A stretch of DNA of 64,000 bases. It comes from Candidatus Zixiibacteriota bacterium (lineage in GTDB: Bacteria > Zixibacteria > MSB-5A5 > SM1-73). The notes beneath the pieces are model-generated. The model did no database searches. It worked only from the letters and a program-made list of their open reading frames with translations, and was not told where the DNA came from. The position numbers were made by a program, and so were the translations under genes. Numbering within the stretch: position 1 is the stretch's first letter; each line of letters begins with the position of its first letter. Below are positions 30,740 to 41,584 of this stretch, piece after piece. The DNA is taken from positions 223-64,222 of the forward strand of contig JBAUFO010000106.1 of the NCBI GenBank assembly GCA_049679185.1, in the 5' to 3' direction.

Positions 30740-32476
30740 TCAAAACTCGATTTTGTACAGCACCGCTCCCAATCCGGACGGAGCCTTGTAGACATCGATT
30801 AAACTAAGTTCAGGCCTACCCGGGATCTTAGAACGATCTTTTATCGGCTCCAAAAGAAAAGAGAGATCCGTCCTCCAGGAGGCTTCTTTTCCCAGACTTA
30901 CCACCAGATATTCCACGCTGTTTTTTTTAGCGAAGTCAACCACCTTTTCATAAGGAGCGAAGGGAATGGGGAATGTCACCCGGTTACAGTAGAAGAAGAA
31001 TGAGTCTCCGGAAAGATACATAACCGCTGCATCCCGCGGCAGAGTCCCATCTGCCCACTGTCCCAGTTTTTTGAATTCCTCACTCTCCAGCTTCAAATTC
31101 CTGAACGTAGCCTGATGCTTCTCGGCTGCGCCGGTTGCCTCGATCCACGAGAAAATCGAAAGGAGGCTCACGGCCAAAAGAACCGCAAAAGCGCTCAGAC
31201 TCAGGCTACTGCTCTGTCCTGATCCTTTGGAGAACTTACCCAGCGCCTTTCTAATGTTCAGAATCCCGGCCACCGACAGCAGAATCAGCAGAGGGGCGTA
31301 CGGCTGGATAAGCCGGCCGGCTGGAGAGAAGAAGATGGGCATGGTCAAAATGGGAGAGAAAGCACACAAAAGAAAAATCCTCTTTTCCCAAGGCGCTTTG
31401 TCTATCTTCCAAGAGAACAGGTAGAACAGGGATAACAGGAAAAAGAGCAATAGAAAGAGATTCGACCCGCTCACCCCCTTCCAGGTGTTTTTCAGGTAGT
31501 CGGCGAAAAAGCCGGAGGAGGTTGCATAGCTCACCATGCTCTCCTCCCCCAGGAGCACCTTTCCTTTTATTTCGCCCTCCGGAGTCAGTCCGTCCAGCAC
31601 CCGGGCAAAGGCCTTTCTTTGCTCGAGATAGTTCAAGCCCTCAGAGTAAGCTTTTTGCTTTAGAATGTTATGAGCCGTCTTCCCGCTTAAGATCCAGTGT
31701 CCGGTCTGAGAATGCATGAAATTGACATATGGAAAAGCCAGGATAAGAAAGCCGGCTAAGCAGGTCAAAAGCAATGCTACTGTCTTCAGTCTTCTGTGCA
31801 TTTTTTTCTTTATCCCGACTATCAGAAAAACCAGGAGCAACAGGGCGAAAGCCACCAGAAACTCAGGACGGGTAAGATAACAGATGCCGCTGAGGAGCCC
31901 GAACAGAAAGGCGTAAAGAAGAGATCTCACCGTGATCAAAAGCCAACCCAAGAAGAGAGCGACCAATAGAAAAAAGGTGTAGGTTGCCTCAGATAAAGAA
32001 ATCCCTGAGATAGCCACCAGTGCGGGGAAGAAGACCACCAGAAAGGCGCCTGAGTAGGCCGACCTGTAACCGAGGGTCCTTCTTGCTAAGAAGAAGAACG
32101 GTACCACCGTCAGGCTTCCCAGGAAGAGCGAGACCGCAGAGGCGGCCGATTCCAGAGATCCCGCCACCGGCGAGAAGAGAAGTATCATAAACGGGTAAAA
32201 GGGCGGCCAGACCACCGACCACCAGTGAAGCCCATGTCCGTTCTTTATTCCCCAGGCGATCTTGCCGTAAACGGCCGCATCCCCGACAAGTGGAGCCTGG
32301 AAGTATTCGAGAAGGGAAAGCCGCACCAAAAAGGCGATCAGAAACAAGATCCCCAGGTAGACAAGGCTGACCGCTCTTTTCTGAAGCAGGGCATCCGCCT
32401 TCCCGGAGATCAAATAGAATTGCGCTGTGGTGTCCTTTGGGACAGTGGGGGCCTTACTTTTCTTCTTCTGCTTCAT
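30740..32476 (-). CDS. polytopic membrane glycosyltransferase, GT39/GT83 (PMT/ArnT)-like
   Basis: 578 aa, more than 10 TM helices, N-terminal periplasmic loop with acidic motif (GDAAVYGKIAWGI), overall architecture like dolichyl-phosphate-mannose protein mannosyltransferase/ArnT-family proteins. Confidence 0.6.
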   Translation of the reverse strand: MKQKKKSKAPTVPKDTTAQFYLISGKADALLQKRAVSLVYLGILFLIAFLVRLSLLEYFQAPLVGDAAVYGKIAWGIKNGHGLHWWSVVWPPFYPFMILLFSPVAGSLESAASAVSLFLGSLTVVPFFFLARRTLGYRSAYSGAFLVVFFPALVAISGISLSEATYTFFLLVALFLGWLLITVRSLLYAFLFGLLSGICYLTRPEFLVAFALLLLVFLIVGIKKKMHRRLKTVALLLTCLAGFLILAFPYVNFMHSQTGHWILSGKTAHNILKQKAYSEGLNYLEQRKAFARVLDGLTPEGEIKGKVLLGEESMVSYATSSGFFADYLKNTWKGVSGSNLFLLLFFLLSLFYLFSWKIDKAPWEKRIFLLCAFSPILTMPIFFSPAGRLIQPYAPLLILLSVAGILNIRKALGKFSKGSGQSSSLSLSAFAVLLAVSLLSIFSWIEATGAAEKHQATFRNLKLESEEFKKLGQWADGTLPRDAAVMYLSGDSFFFYCNRVTFPIPFAPYEKVVDFAKKNSVEYLVVSLGKEASWRTDLSFLLEPIKDRSKIPGRPELSLIDVYKAPSGLGAVLYKIEF

Positions 32477-32753
32477 GCGGCGGATTTCGTGCTTTCTTGT
32501 GTTGAGCAGGCTTCAAGCTGCCGTCTTTTTGTCAACAACGTTCGCTGCGCGTCGCTCAGGCTCTATGCCTTAGCGGAATTGTAAATAAACTTCCTCCTCC
32601 CGAAAAGTAAAGACATCTTTTTGACTTTTTTCACTGTAACTTAAACCGGATAACTGAATTCCAGCGTCTGAAGGTCACAGGTCTTCCGAGGAGAAGCTTA
32701 CCAGAGGCGGGATAAATTCCCGCCTCTATGTTGCCGGACTAGCGACCACGATA

Positions 32754-32850
32754 GGGCAGGGTTCATCCTGCCCTTCGGTCCTGCACTTCGTCCTGAGACT
32801 CAGTATCGAAGGAAGACCTCAGGGTCGAAGGAAGGGCATTTAGCCCTGCC
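32754..32850. repeat. hairpin-bounded repeat family C, copy 1 (gggcagggttcatcctgccc...gggcatttagccctgcc)
   Basis: Immediately 3' of rnpB; shares gggttcatcctg / acttcgtcc / gactcagt / cgaaggaag words with the reverse complement of 36597-36680. Confidence 0.5.
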
Positions 32851-32921
32851 GGTTTTCGATAGTCCTTCGGGATCAGTTTTAGTTGAACCTGAGGCTCTAT
32901 TTCAGGAAGTTCAGAAAAAAA

Positions 32922-33328
32922 GTTGCCAGAGCAGAAAATAAGCCGAGTTCTGTTCCCCCCGCCTCTGGCGGGGGACGATGATCATCTTTCTGGATCCTTT
33001 GTCGCCAAAGGATTCAAGCGACCTACCCGGAAGCTATCCTTCGCCTTCGGCTCAGGACGAGGCGGGCAACCTCTTACTCCCATACTCGGTCTTGCTCTCA
33101 GGTGGGGTTTACCCAAGCCCGTGTTACCACGGGAACGGGTGGTCTCTTACACCACCTTTTCACCCTTACCCTTCGATCCCGCCAGAGGCGGGATCGGGGC
33201 GGTCTGTTTTCTGTGGCACTTTCCGTCCCTTGCGGGCCCACGAGTTACGTGGCACCTTGCCCTGGAGAGCTCGGACTTTCCTCCCCCCGCCAAAGGCGGG
33301 GGGCGATCATCTATTCTGCTCTGGCAAC
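32922..33328 (-). ncRNA. rnpB: RNase P RNA, bacterial type A
   Basis: Reverse complement reads GTTGCCAGAGCAGAA...GGAAAGTCCGAGCTC...AGGGCAAGGTGCCACGTAACTCGTGGG...ACAGAAAACAGACCGCC...GGTAAGGGTGAAAAGGTGGTGTAAGAGACCACC...ACAGAACTCGGCTTAT...TTCTGCTCTGGCAAC. This has the universally conserved P4 and CR-I to CR-V sequence blocks and a P1 helix closing the 5' and 3' ends. Confidence 0.9.
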
Positions 33329-33523
33329 ACTAACTGATTTTTAGTCAACCTTTTCTTCCAACTCAGGCCGAACAATATGAATACGTCCTATCCTGCCGAA
33401 ACGAAAGCTTGCTTCTTGCCGCGAACCCGCTGTTCGCGATTGGGTGACGAGTACCGTCTCCAGTATAAGGGTCTTTCGTGACCGTAAGGGGCCCTCCTTC
33501 GGTGCACAGCCCAGCCTACTATG

Positions 33524-34231
33524 CTACGAAACCCACACGAGCCTCTTGCGCAGTATCTTCCAGGCGTTATCTTCCTTGGTGAGTAGCACTAAGTACCCTG
33601 CTCCCACCAACCAATGGCTAGCGTTTGCAGCATACAGAAAGGCTTGATTCATATCACGATTGAAGCCGACTCTTGAAAATGCTATTTGGCCTGGGGAGTC
33701 GGGATATCGCGCATAAAACTCGCGCCAGCGGTCGTTTATCGACACTTCTTTCCTGAAAATATCCGCGTGCTCGGTGCCGCTGATAAGCAGAATCTGGACT
33801 TCCAACTCAAAGCGATCAGCGAGAAGGTACCGGCGCTTGTTCGCTCTAAGAAACTCCAGAAGCGTCCATGGCTCCAACTCCTCTTCGAACTCCGGCTTGA
33901 GGTGCCTCAGACCCCGAAACCCCCAGCACCTCATATGGTCATAGCAGACAGGGTCTTCTAAGGTCGATGAACTGTCTTCAAAGATCTCGACGGTGCTGTC
34001 CCTGATGACGACGAGTTTATGATGACTGCCGATGAAGAGGGACTGCATAACGGAAGCGTAGACAGCATACTCCTCAGTTGTCAGAGATTGCTGAGCTTGA
34101 TCACCTGGTGCCTCAGTGTTGTTTTCACATGCCGTTAGAGAAATCGCAATACCCAGTAGAAGGAGACGTTGGAGCACCGTGCTCTTCTCCCTTTTGATGT
34201 TCCCTGCTATAGTCACGGATGTCCTCCTCAC
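33524..34231 (-). CDS. hypothetical lipoprotein
   Basis: Signal/lipobox-like [16 protein letters not shown]; no family recognised. The C-terminal part of the ORF may over-extend. Confidence 0.45.
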   Translation of the reverse strand: MRRTSVTIAGNIKREKSTVLQRLLLLGIAISLTACENNTEAPGDQAQQSLTTEEYAVYASVMQSLFIGSHHKLVVIRDSTVEIFEDSSSTLEDPVCYDHMRCWGFRGLRHLKPEFEEELEPWTLLEFLRANKRRYLLADRFELEVQILLISGTEHADIFRKEVSINDRWREFYARYPDSPGQIAFSRVGFNRDMNQAFLYAANASHWLVGAGYLVLLTKEDNAWKILRKRLVWVS

Positions 34232-34992
34232 CTATCCTTCTCGATAATCGCTGTATACACTGAGTCGTTCGAATCAATAAAACGCTCAACCCGCCAGCCG
34301 GTGCCCTTCAGTATCCCTTTCATTTCATCTTTCGAGACCAGAAGGTAGTCAAACCAAGGTGTAGCATGTTTTTTGTATCTTATTCGCAGCCTCGCCTGTC
34401 CGGACATCCGTCCCCTCTTTCTGTTGAACTTGTGATACTCCAGATGGACAGGATCATCGGTCTGGTACGGGTCCATGCTCTCAGCTATTATCCTCGCCTT
34501 GCTGGATGTAATTCCCTGGAATCTCCTGAGCAGCCATCGCGCTCTCTTGAAGCTTGCAAACAGGCCGAAGTTGTTGCCCAACATGAGTAAGGTGTCGAAT
34601 TTCCCCAGCTTGGAACTGATCTGGGTGACGGACATCAGCCTTGTCTTCCTGAGTCCCCTGAGTCTGCAAACCTTTAATGCCAGAGGAGAAGTGTCGATGC
34701 CCAGGACGTCGAATCCTTTCTCTTGAAGATACACAGAATGTCTTCCTGCCCCACAGCCGATATCCAGCACCCTGCCTCTCACATACCGCATGGCCTTCCT
34801 CTGGTCGGGTGACCAATCCTTGTATTTACCAAAATACGCCTTAGGGCCACCAGAAGGCCCAAAGAAGCCGTCATCCCGCTCCGCTATTTCGAAGCCGCCC
34901 ATCTCTTTCAGATAGTCGAGGACTGCCTGACCGTACGCATCCTGATCATCTTTCATAAGTTCATCTCTCCGGGAAGATGATTCATGGGACAA
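34228..34992 (-). CDS. class I SAM-dependent methyltransferase
   Basis: Motif [16 protein letters not shown] plus downstream acidic motif II. 4-nt overlap with the downstream gene. Confidence 0.75.
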   Translation of the reverse strand: MSHESSSRRDELMKDDQDAYGQAVLDYLKEMGGFEIAERDDGFFGPSGGPKAYFGKYKDWSPDQRKAMRYVRGRVLDIGCGAGRHSVYLQEKGFDVLGIDTSPLALKVCRLRGLRKTRLMSVTQISSKLGKFDTLLMLGNNFGLFASFKRARWLLRRFQGITSSKARIIAESMDPYQTDDPVHLEYHKFNRKRGRMSGQARLRIRYKKHATPWFDYLLVSKDEMKGILKGTGWRVERFIDSNDSVYTAIIEKDR

Positions 34993-34995
34993 TCT

Positions 34996-35072
34996 GTCGA
35001 TGTACCGGCATTAGGATTCATCCTGAAGGAAATGCCCATGCCCTAAGCTTGGGGAATTCCAATTACCGAAGG
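34996..35072. repeat. left direct repeat bounding the AT-rich island (ggcattaggattcatcctgaaggaaatgcccatgccctaagctt...attaccgaagg)
   Basis: 40/44 nt identical to 37485-37528, with a further shared attaccgaag word downstream. Confidence 0.6.
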
Positions 35073-35428
35073 ATCAAAACCGTTTCCCTGCCACAGCTTG
35101 TCAATATCACGAAGCCGCAGAAAATTACCGGTGCCAACCTCAGCAACAATTTAACACGGATATCCTCCCTTTGGAATCCTGAAGAATCCATTCTTCCTGG
35201 CGGATGGCCTCGCGCGTGACACCTTGGGTCGGGCAAGCTATTGAAATCCAATCAATTAAGGGTTTTTACACAATCTCAGGTCTCGCGGATTAAGGGGGTT
35301 GCCCACCCGGCCGTTTGGGAAAAGTCTGACTTTTCACTTATCTGCAGTTGTGTGCCGTTGGGCTGGAATCAAATCGTCGTCTCAAAAGAGGCGCCGGAAG
35401 CACCAAAACCTCACCAGGTCAAAAAGAA

Positions 35429-36517
35429 TCATGGCATTCTGTATACCATGGAGTTTATGTTCATACCTGCCCCTACAGAAGCAAACACCACAACGTCCCC
35501 TTTTTTCAACTCGTGGTTATCAAGCTTTCCTTTAAGCAACAGGTCAAGCAAGGTGGGCAGAGTTGCCACCGAGCTGTTTCCCAGCCAGGATATAATCATG
35601 GGCATGACATAGGGCGGCGCCTCCTTCACTCCGTATAACCTGAACAAACGCTTTAATATTGCCTCATCCATCTTTGCGTTCGCCTGGTGTAGAAGTACCT
35701 TGTTTACGTCACCGAGGGATAATCCTGCTTTGACAAGACTCTCCCTGACAACAAGCGGAACTGTCCTCAAAGCATACTCATACAGCTTATGACCATCCAT
35801 CTTAAGGAACAATTCATTACCTCGGTAATCGGGGTCGTATGATTTGCCCATCCGTAACATATACGTCTGCTCAAGGCTATCTGACCTTGCAGCATGAGAG
35901 AGTATTCCGATCCCGCTGTTGTCGGGACTTCCTGTCGCCTCGACTATTGTAGCTCCGGCCCCGTCGGCATAGATCATACTGTCCCGGTCATGAGGGTCTG
36001 AAACCCTGGAAAGAATGTCTGCTCCTATGACAAGAGCCCTCTTGGCATCACCCGACTTGAGATAATAATCAGACTGTATCATTCCCTGCAGCCAGGCGGG
36101 ACAGCCAAAGACAAGATCATAAGCTATGATTTTTGGATTTTGCACCGCCAGTTTTTGCTTTACCCTTGCCGCAAGGCTTGGTACAAAATCAGACCTCTTG
36201 TTATGTGCTGACACGTCACCGAAGTTATGAGCGACGATTATGTAGTCAAGGCTCTCCTTGTCAATCTTGGATGACTCCAGGGCATCCTTTGCTGCGAGAA
36301 AAGAGATATCGGAGGTAACCAGGTCATCTGTGACGTACCTCCTTTCTGCAATACCCGTTATTTTGCCAAATTTATCTATGATCTCATCATTGGTCTTGTC
36401 TAATTTCTTCCCATCCGAATTGTAGAACTCGTTTCCAATAAAACTCTCGTTACGAAACCTTCCTGAGGGTACATAACTGCCGGTTCCTCTGATAATAGAA
36501 TAATTTTTTTTGTTCAT
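35429..36517 (-). CDS. 3-oxoacyl-ACP synthase III (FabH/KAS III)-like condensing enzyme
   Basis: Thiolase-fold protein with catalytic Cys (DLVFGCPAWLQG), His (LLHQANAKMDE) and Asn (WLGNSSVAT). Lies in an AT-rich segment that contrasts with the flanking DNA. Confidence 0.75.
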   Translation of the reverse strand: MNKKNYSIIRGTGSYVPSGRFRNESFIGNEFYNSDGKKLDKTNDEIIDKFGKITGIAERRYVTDDLVTSDISFLAAKDALESSKIDKESLDYIIVAHNFGDVSAHNKRSDFVPSLAARVKQKLAVQNPKIIAYDLVFGCPAWLQGMIQSDYYLKSGDAKRALVIGADILSRVSDPHDRDSMIYADGAGATIVEATGSPDNSGIGILSHAARSDSLEQTYMLRMGKSYDPDYRGNELFLKMDGHKLYEYALRTVPLVVRESLVKAGLSLGDVNKVLLHQANAKMDEAILKRLFRLYGVKEAPPYVMPMIISWLGNSSVATLPTLLDLLLKGKLDNHELKKGDVVVFASVGAGMNINSMVYRMP

Positions 36518-36596
36518 GGCGTTTTATTTGAAGTAATGGTGTAAACTGTGCAATGGCGTATAATAGGGTTTGCGAACTTTTGGTCCTGTTCTCTCG

Positions 36597-36680
36597 TTCG
36601 TCACGGACGCCCTTCAGGGTGAATCCTTCCCTCGGACTGAGTCCTTCGGGACGAAGTCAGGATGAACCCTCGTCCGTGAC
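36597..36680. repeat. repeat family C, copy 2 (gtcacggacg...cgtccgtgac long hairpin)
   Basis: Perfect 10-bp closing stem; internal cttcagggtgaatcc / caggatgaaccct arms; between the KAS III gene and the ORF-3-like gene. Confidence 0.5.
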
Positions 36681-36762
36681 GCTTTATGGTAACGGATTCA
36701 TCCTGAACGGACAACGTGTTCGTCGCCAAAGAACAGCCCGGTTTTTGGCTGACGTGCACCCC

Positions 36763-37368
36763 TTACCCAAATGCAATTTTTCGACGCACGTCAGGATCAT
36801 CAAAATCTATCTCCTTTACATCAAAATGTTCTGGATCAAATTCTCCACCAATCCACTCCAACATTCTTTTATGTTCTTCATGATTGGGATTCCTTATGAT
36901 CTCCAAAAACTCTTCATATCCCCACACCCCTCCACAATCTTCAGGTGGACATGCTCGTTTTCCAGCGATACACATCGGGTAGTCTGTATTTTTGTCTCGA
37001 GGAAGTATCTTTTCCAACTTCACGCTATGTTTCCAATTATCGCCAAAATCATAGGTGTAATCTGCCGAACTATTCTCCATAGAAAACCAGTCCGCTATTT
37101 TCTGCTTCCATTCTGGAAGGATTTCTCTGTCAAGATCAAATTCTTCATCCGGCATTCCTATCAGCACTTTCATCCCGGTGGCAGGATTGACCATTTCAAA
37201 TTCATGAAGGTGATAATCTTGCCAATCCATGGCATCTTGAATGGCAACATGCAGGTCCCAAAATGTATAGGTTCTTGGAACCAGGATGCGTCGCCAAACC
37301 GGTGGTTTGGTCATTTTCAACACAGTCTTAAACTGGTATACATGGCTGAATTTCTTTTTTATTATCAT
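36763..37368 (-). CDS. plasmid pRiA4b ORF-3-like family protein (PF07929-like)
   Basis: N-terminal VYQFKTVLKMTKPPVWRRILVPRTYTFWDLHVAIQDAMDWQDYHLHEF is the hallmark motif of this family; AT-rich, same island as the KAS III gene. Confidence 0.7.
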   Translation of the reverse strand: MIIKKKFSHVYQFKTVLKMTKPPVWRRILVPRTYTFWDLHVAIQDAMDWQDYHLHEFEMVNPATGMKVLIGMPDEEFDLDREILPEWKQKIADWFSMENSSADYTYDFGDNWKHSVKLEKILPRDKNTDYPMCIAGKRACPPEDCGGVWGYEEFLEIIRNPNHEEHKRMLEWIGGEFDPEHFDVKEIDFDDPDVRRKIAFG

Positions 37369-37480
37369 TTCTCCTTGTTTTGATTATTGGGTTTATCTCT
37401 TTGCTATCTTGCACTCATTGATACATTTGGTCTAACAGATGGCGGATGAGCCAAGTCCCACCGAAGGGCTGCTTTTGGAT

Positions 37481-37575
37481 GCGTCGGCATTAGGAATCAT
37501 CCTGAAGGAAATGCCGATGCTCTAAGCTTCAGTAATTCTCCCGCCTGTGGTGGGATCTTGAGAATATTACCGAAG
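37481..37575. repeat. right direct repeat bounding the AT-rich island
   Basis: ggcattaggaatcatcctgaaggaaatgccgatgctctaagctt...tattaccgaagc; same orientation as the left copy. Confidence 0.6.
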
Positions 37576-37613
37576 CATCGCAGAACCCACTTTCGCACCT
37601 CAAATTCTCAAGA

Positions 37614-39113
<1,500 letters not shown>

Positions 39114-39118
39114 CTAAA

Positions 39119-39838
39119 TCATCCAGAGTCTTCGTTCCAGAGCAATATCCTTCCGCAGTTGTCGCAGGTATAGATTATCTCTCCTTTTCTCATCTCCTGG
39201 ATGACCTGGGGAGGAATACCCTTGTAGCAGGCCCCGCAAGCTCTCTTCTTTATGGTAACCACCACCTGATTACCTCTTCCCTTCTTGACCCTCTCATAGG
39301 TGGCCAGAAGCTTCTTGTCGATCCTCACCGTGATGTTTTTCCTGTCCCCCTCCTTGATCTTGATCTTATCATCGATGGAACCGAGCTCCTCTCGCAAATG
39401 GACCAGCTCGTCCTCGTTCCTTTTCTCTATCTCCTCCAATTTCCCCTTGTATTCCTGTATCTTTTCCTTCAGATCGTCGATTTGTGTGAGGGCTTTCAGA
39501 ATCTCCTCCTCGATTTCGGAGATCCTCACCTTCCGGTTGGCTATCTCGTTGGTTATGGCGTCGTATTCCTTGTTGGTCTTGATGATCATCATCTGTTTCT
39601 GGAATTTGGCCAGCTCCTGATTGAGGGTGGTTAACTCCAGGTCCAGCCTCATGTTAAGCAGGTTCTGCTCAGTGAGCTCTTTTTCGGAAGCCTCCAGCGC
39701 TGTTCTTGTATCCGCGATCTCGTGCTCCAGATTGTTTATCATCTCGGGGAGATAATCCTTTGAACGATCCAACTCCCCCAAATCATAGTCAACGCTTTGG
39801 AGCCTGAGAAGCATTTCCAGTTCTTTTTCGATAACCAT
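39119..39838 (-). CDS. coiled-coil protein with C-terminal C4 zinc ribbon (COG1579/DUF164-like)
   Basis: Long heptad-rich N-terminus and C-terminal CGACYKGIPP...CDNCGRIL zinc ribbon. Strong SD (AAGGAGAG) before the ATG. Confidence 0.7.
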   Translation of the reverse strand: MVIEKELEMLLRLQSVDYDLGELDRSKDYLPEMINNLEHEIADTRTALEASEKELTEQNLLNMRLDLELTTLNQELAKFQKQMMIIKTNKEYDAITNEIANRKVRISEIEEEILKALTQIDDLKEKIQEYKGKLEEIEKRNEDELVHLREELGSIDDKIKIKEGDRKNITVRIDKKLLATYERVKKGRGNQVVVTIKKRACGACYKGIPPQVIQEMRKGEIIYTCDNCGRILLWNEDSG

Positions 39839-39865
39839 TACAACTCTCCTTGGTATATAAAGAAA

Positions 39866-39890
39866 AAGTGCACAACGTAGTTGTGCACTT
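39866..39890 (-). promoter_or_regulatory. perfect 11-bp inverted repeat (AAGTGCACAAC-GTA-GTTGTGCACTT) followed by a T-run, immediately upstream of the RBS of the zinc-ribbon gene
   Basis: On the minus strand the hairpin is followed by TTTTCTTTATATACCAAGGAGAG-ATG. It could be a terminator for the upstream tRNA-Val or an attenuator/operator. Confidence 0.4.
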
Positions 39891-40044
39891 TACGAACCGC
39901 TCCTTCTTTCCTCTATCTTCAAACAGCTTGGGAATCGTTTTCTCAAATAGTTGTCGCCCCCGTAGGATCCTCTCTTCTCCATCAAGTCTCCTCGGGGCTA
40001 AAATGTGTGATCTTGATTTTGTCCGCCACTTTGAAATCCCTTCA

Positions 40045-40121
40045 TGGTGGGCAATACTGGATTCGAACCAGTGACCTTTCGGATGTGAACCGAACGCTCT
40101 AACCAACTGAGCTAATCGCCC
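40045..40121 (-). tRNA. tRNA-Val (anticodon CAC)
   Basis: Reverse complement GGGCGATTAGCTCAGTTGGTTAGAGCGTTCGGTTCACATCCGAAAGGTCACTGGTTCGAATCCAGTATTGCCCACCA folds as a cloverleaf with a 7-bp acceptor stem, GTTCGAATC T-loop, anticodon loop TTCACAT and an encoded CCA. Confidence 0.9.
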
Positions 40122-40251
40122 ATTGAGTCACCTGGCCTGAGTCTGACCAAGACCCTCAGACTCTGTAAACTTTAATTATACGATCCTTTTTCACGTTTGT
40201 CAATACCCCTAATATCTTTCACGCAAAAAAGTTTTCATCCGTTGGCGCTGT

Positions 40252-40461
40252 TTATTCCTTCACCAGCAGCACATTGACTGCCTTGACCACTATCTTTACG
40301 CTGTCACCTTCCCTAATACTCAGATCGTCCAGCGAGTCTATGGTCATTACCGAGCTCATTTTCGAACCGGCTGGAATCTCAAGTTTAACCTGGCACATCA
40401 TAGTGCCCTTCTTGATCTCGGTCACCTTGCCGGTCAACTGGTTTCTGGCTCCGTACTTCAT
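40252..40461 (-). CDS. TOBE-domain (Mop-like molybdopterin/molybdate-binding) small protein
   Basis: About 70-aa single TOBE domain (MKYGARNQLTGKVTEIKKG...SVMTIDSLDDL...KAVNVLLVKE). Confidence 0.55.
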   Translation of the reverse strand: MKYGARNQLTGKVTEIKKGTMMCQVKLEIPAGSKMSSVMTIDSLDDLSIREGDSVKIVVKAVNVLLVKE

Positions 40462-40583
40462 GGGAAAATCTCCTTTCGGGAGTAAGGCCAACACAGATAC
40501 AGGGATTCAAAGTCAAACACGTTATATGCATCAATATACGCGGCTAAATCGTCTTGGGCGAAAGATTTTCGAAATGAGGGATA

Positions 40584-41513
40584 TCAATTCCGGGCGTTTA
40601 GTAGTGCCTTCAAGTTCCTTGAAAGAAGCTTGAAATCTTTGAGCATGTTGATGCGCTCCAATTTCTCCTGCGTTTCCGGCTGCAGATTCTCTTTTGGCAC
40701 ACATTTCAGGATCAAATCCGTCTCTTCCTCGGAAAACGTGGCTTCGTGAACGACACGATCAATGAAGTGCTGATTCACTGGGCATACATTCTGACAGATC
40801 ATGCATCCGATCAGGCAATTATGCCAGGACGGATCGATCCACTCCGGAAATGGCGCTTCGCTTTCGTTGTGAAAGGTAAGGCATTTCTCGGCACGCAGCA
40901 GGAAACGGTCGGAGGGGATGGCGCCGGTGGGACATTTCTTAACGCAGGCAGTACAGGTCTGACATTGATCCAACATCTGGGGCTCTTGCCAGCTTTGTTC
41001 GAAAAGCGGCGCGTCGGTATAGAAGGCGGTGAGCCGCTGAAAACTGCCCATGCCCTCGACGTAAGTGATGTTGTTCTTTCCGTATCTCGCCAATCCACTT
41101 CGCACGGCCAGAAGCTTCTCGGGCACTCTGGCTTTGACCAGTTGGTATTCTTCCACCTTGAGCGCCCCGGTGATGCAGTCATAGGCCCGTTGATCGGTGT
41201 CGTAAACGTAGGTCGGTGGGATAATGGCTTCGCAGGACTTTCTCTTCCACACAAATGTTACCCGAAGCGCGGGCTGAGGAGATGCGGCGACGATGATAGA
41301 GCGAACCTTGGGGAGATCAGTTGGAATGCTGAAATCAAACCAGGGGCGAAGAGAGCGATAGAACTCCTCATCGAAGAGCTGCTCGGAATGGGCCTTTTCT
41401 ATGGCGTCCTTCAGCTCTTGAAGATGCTCGAGCGAGACGAACCGGGCTGCGAAGCCATGCTCTCTTAACCTCAAAGATACACTTGAAGATAGAAGATCCT
41501 TGCCTCTCATCAC
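40584..41513 (-). CDS. 4Fe-4S double-cluster protein, epoxyqueuosine reductase (QueG)-like
   Basis: Two ferredoxin-like Cys motifs (CQTCTACVKKCPTGAI; CLIGCMICQNVCP) preceded by a DUF1730-like N-terminal region. Confidence 0.55.
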   Translation of the reverse strand: MMRGKDLLSSSVSLRLREHGFAARFVSLEHLQELKDAIEKAHSEQLFDEEFYRSLRPWFDFSIPTDLPKVRSIIVAASPQPALRVTFVWKRKSCEAIIPPTYVYDTDQRAYDCITGALKVEEYQLVKARVPEKLLAVRSGLARYGKNNITYVEGMGSFQRLTAFYTDAPLFEQSWQEPQMLDQCQTCTACVKKCPTGAIPSDRFLLRAEKCLTFHNESEAPFPEWIDPSWHNCLIGCMICQNVCPVNQHFIDRVVHEATFSEEETDLILKCVPKENLQPETQEKLERINMLKDFKLLSRNLKALLNARN

Positions 41514-41584
41514 TCTATTCTACGAGGCATCTGGGCGAGAGGTTGCCTCGCAAGGGCACAACAGGGACTCGTGGGGACGAAACC

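Noticed and set aside
30736-30795. Apparent 56-nt overlap between recJ and the upstream glycosyltransferase
   Set aside because: It is explained by the ORF track using the first in-frame Met. An internal Met (METQKRL) gives a conventional short intergenic spacing, so this is not treated as a genuine long overlap.
32923-33344. Three overlapping plus-strand ORFs (136, 119, 80 aa) from the six-frame track
   Set aside because: They lie exactly on the RNase P RNA gene (minus strand). The apparent ORFs come from the GC-rich structured RNA, not from coding sequence.
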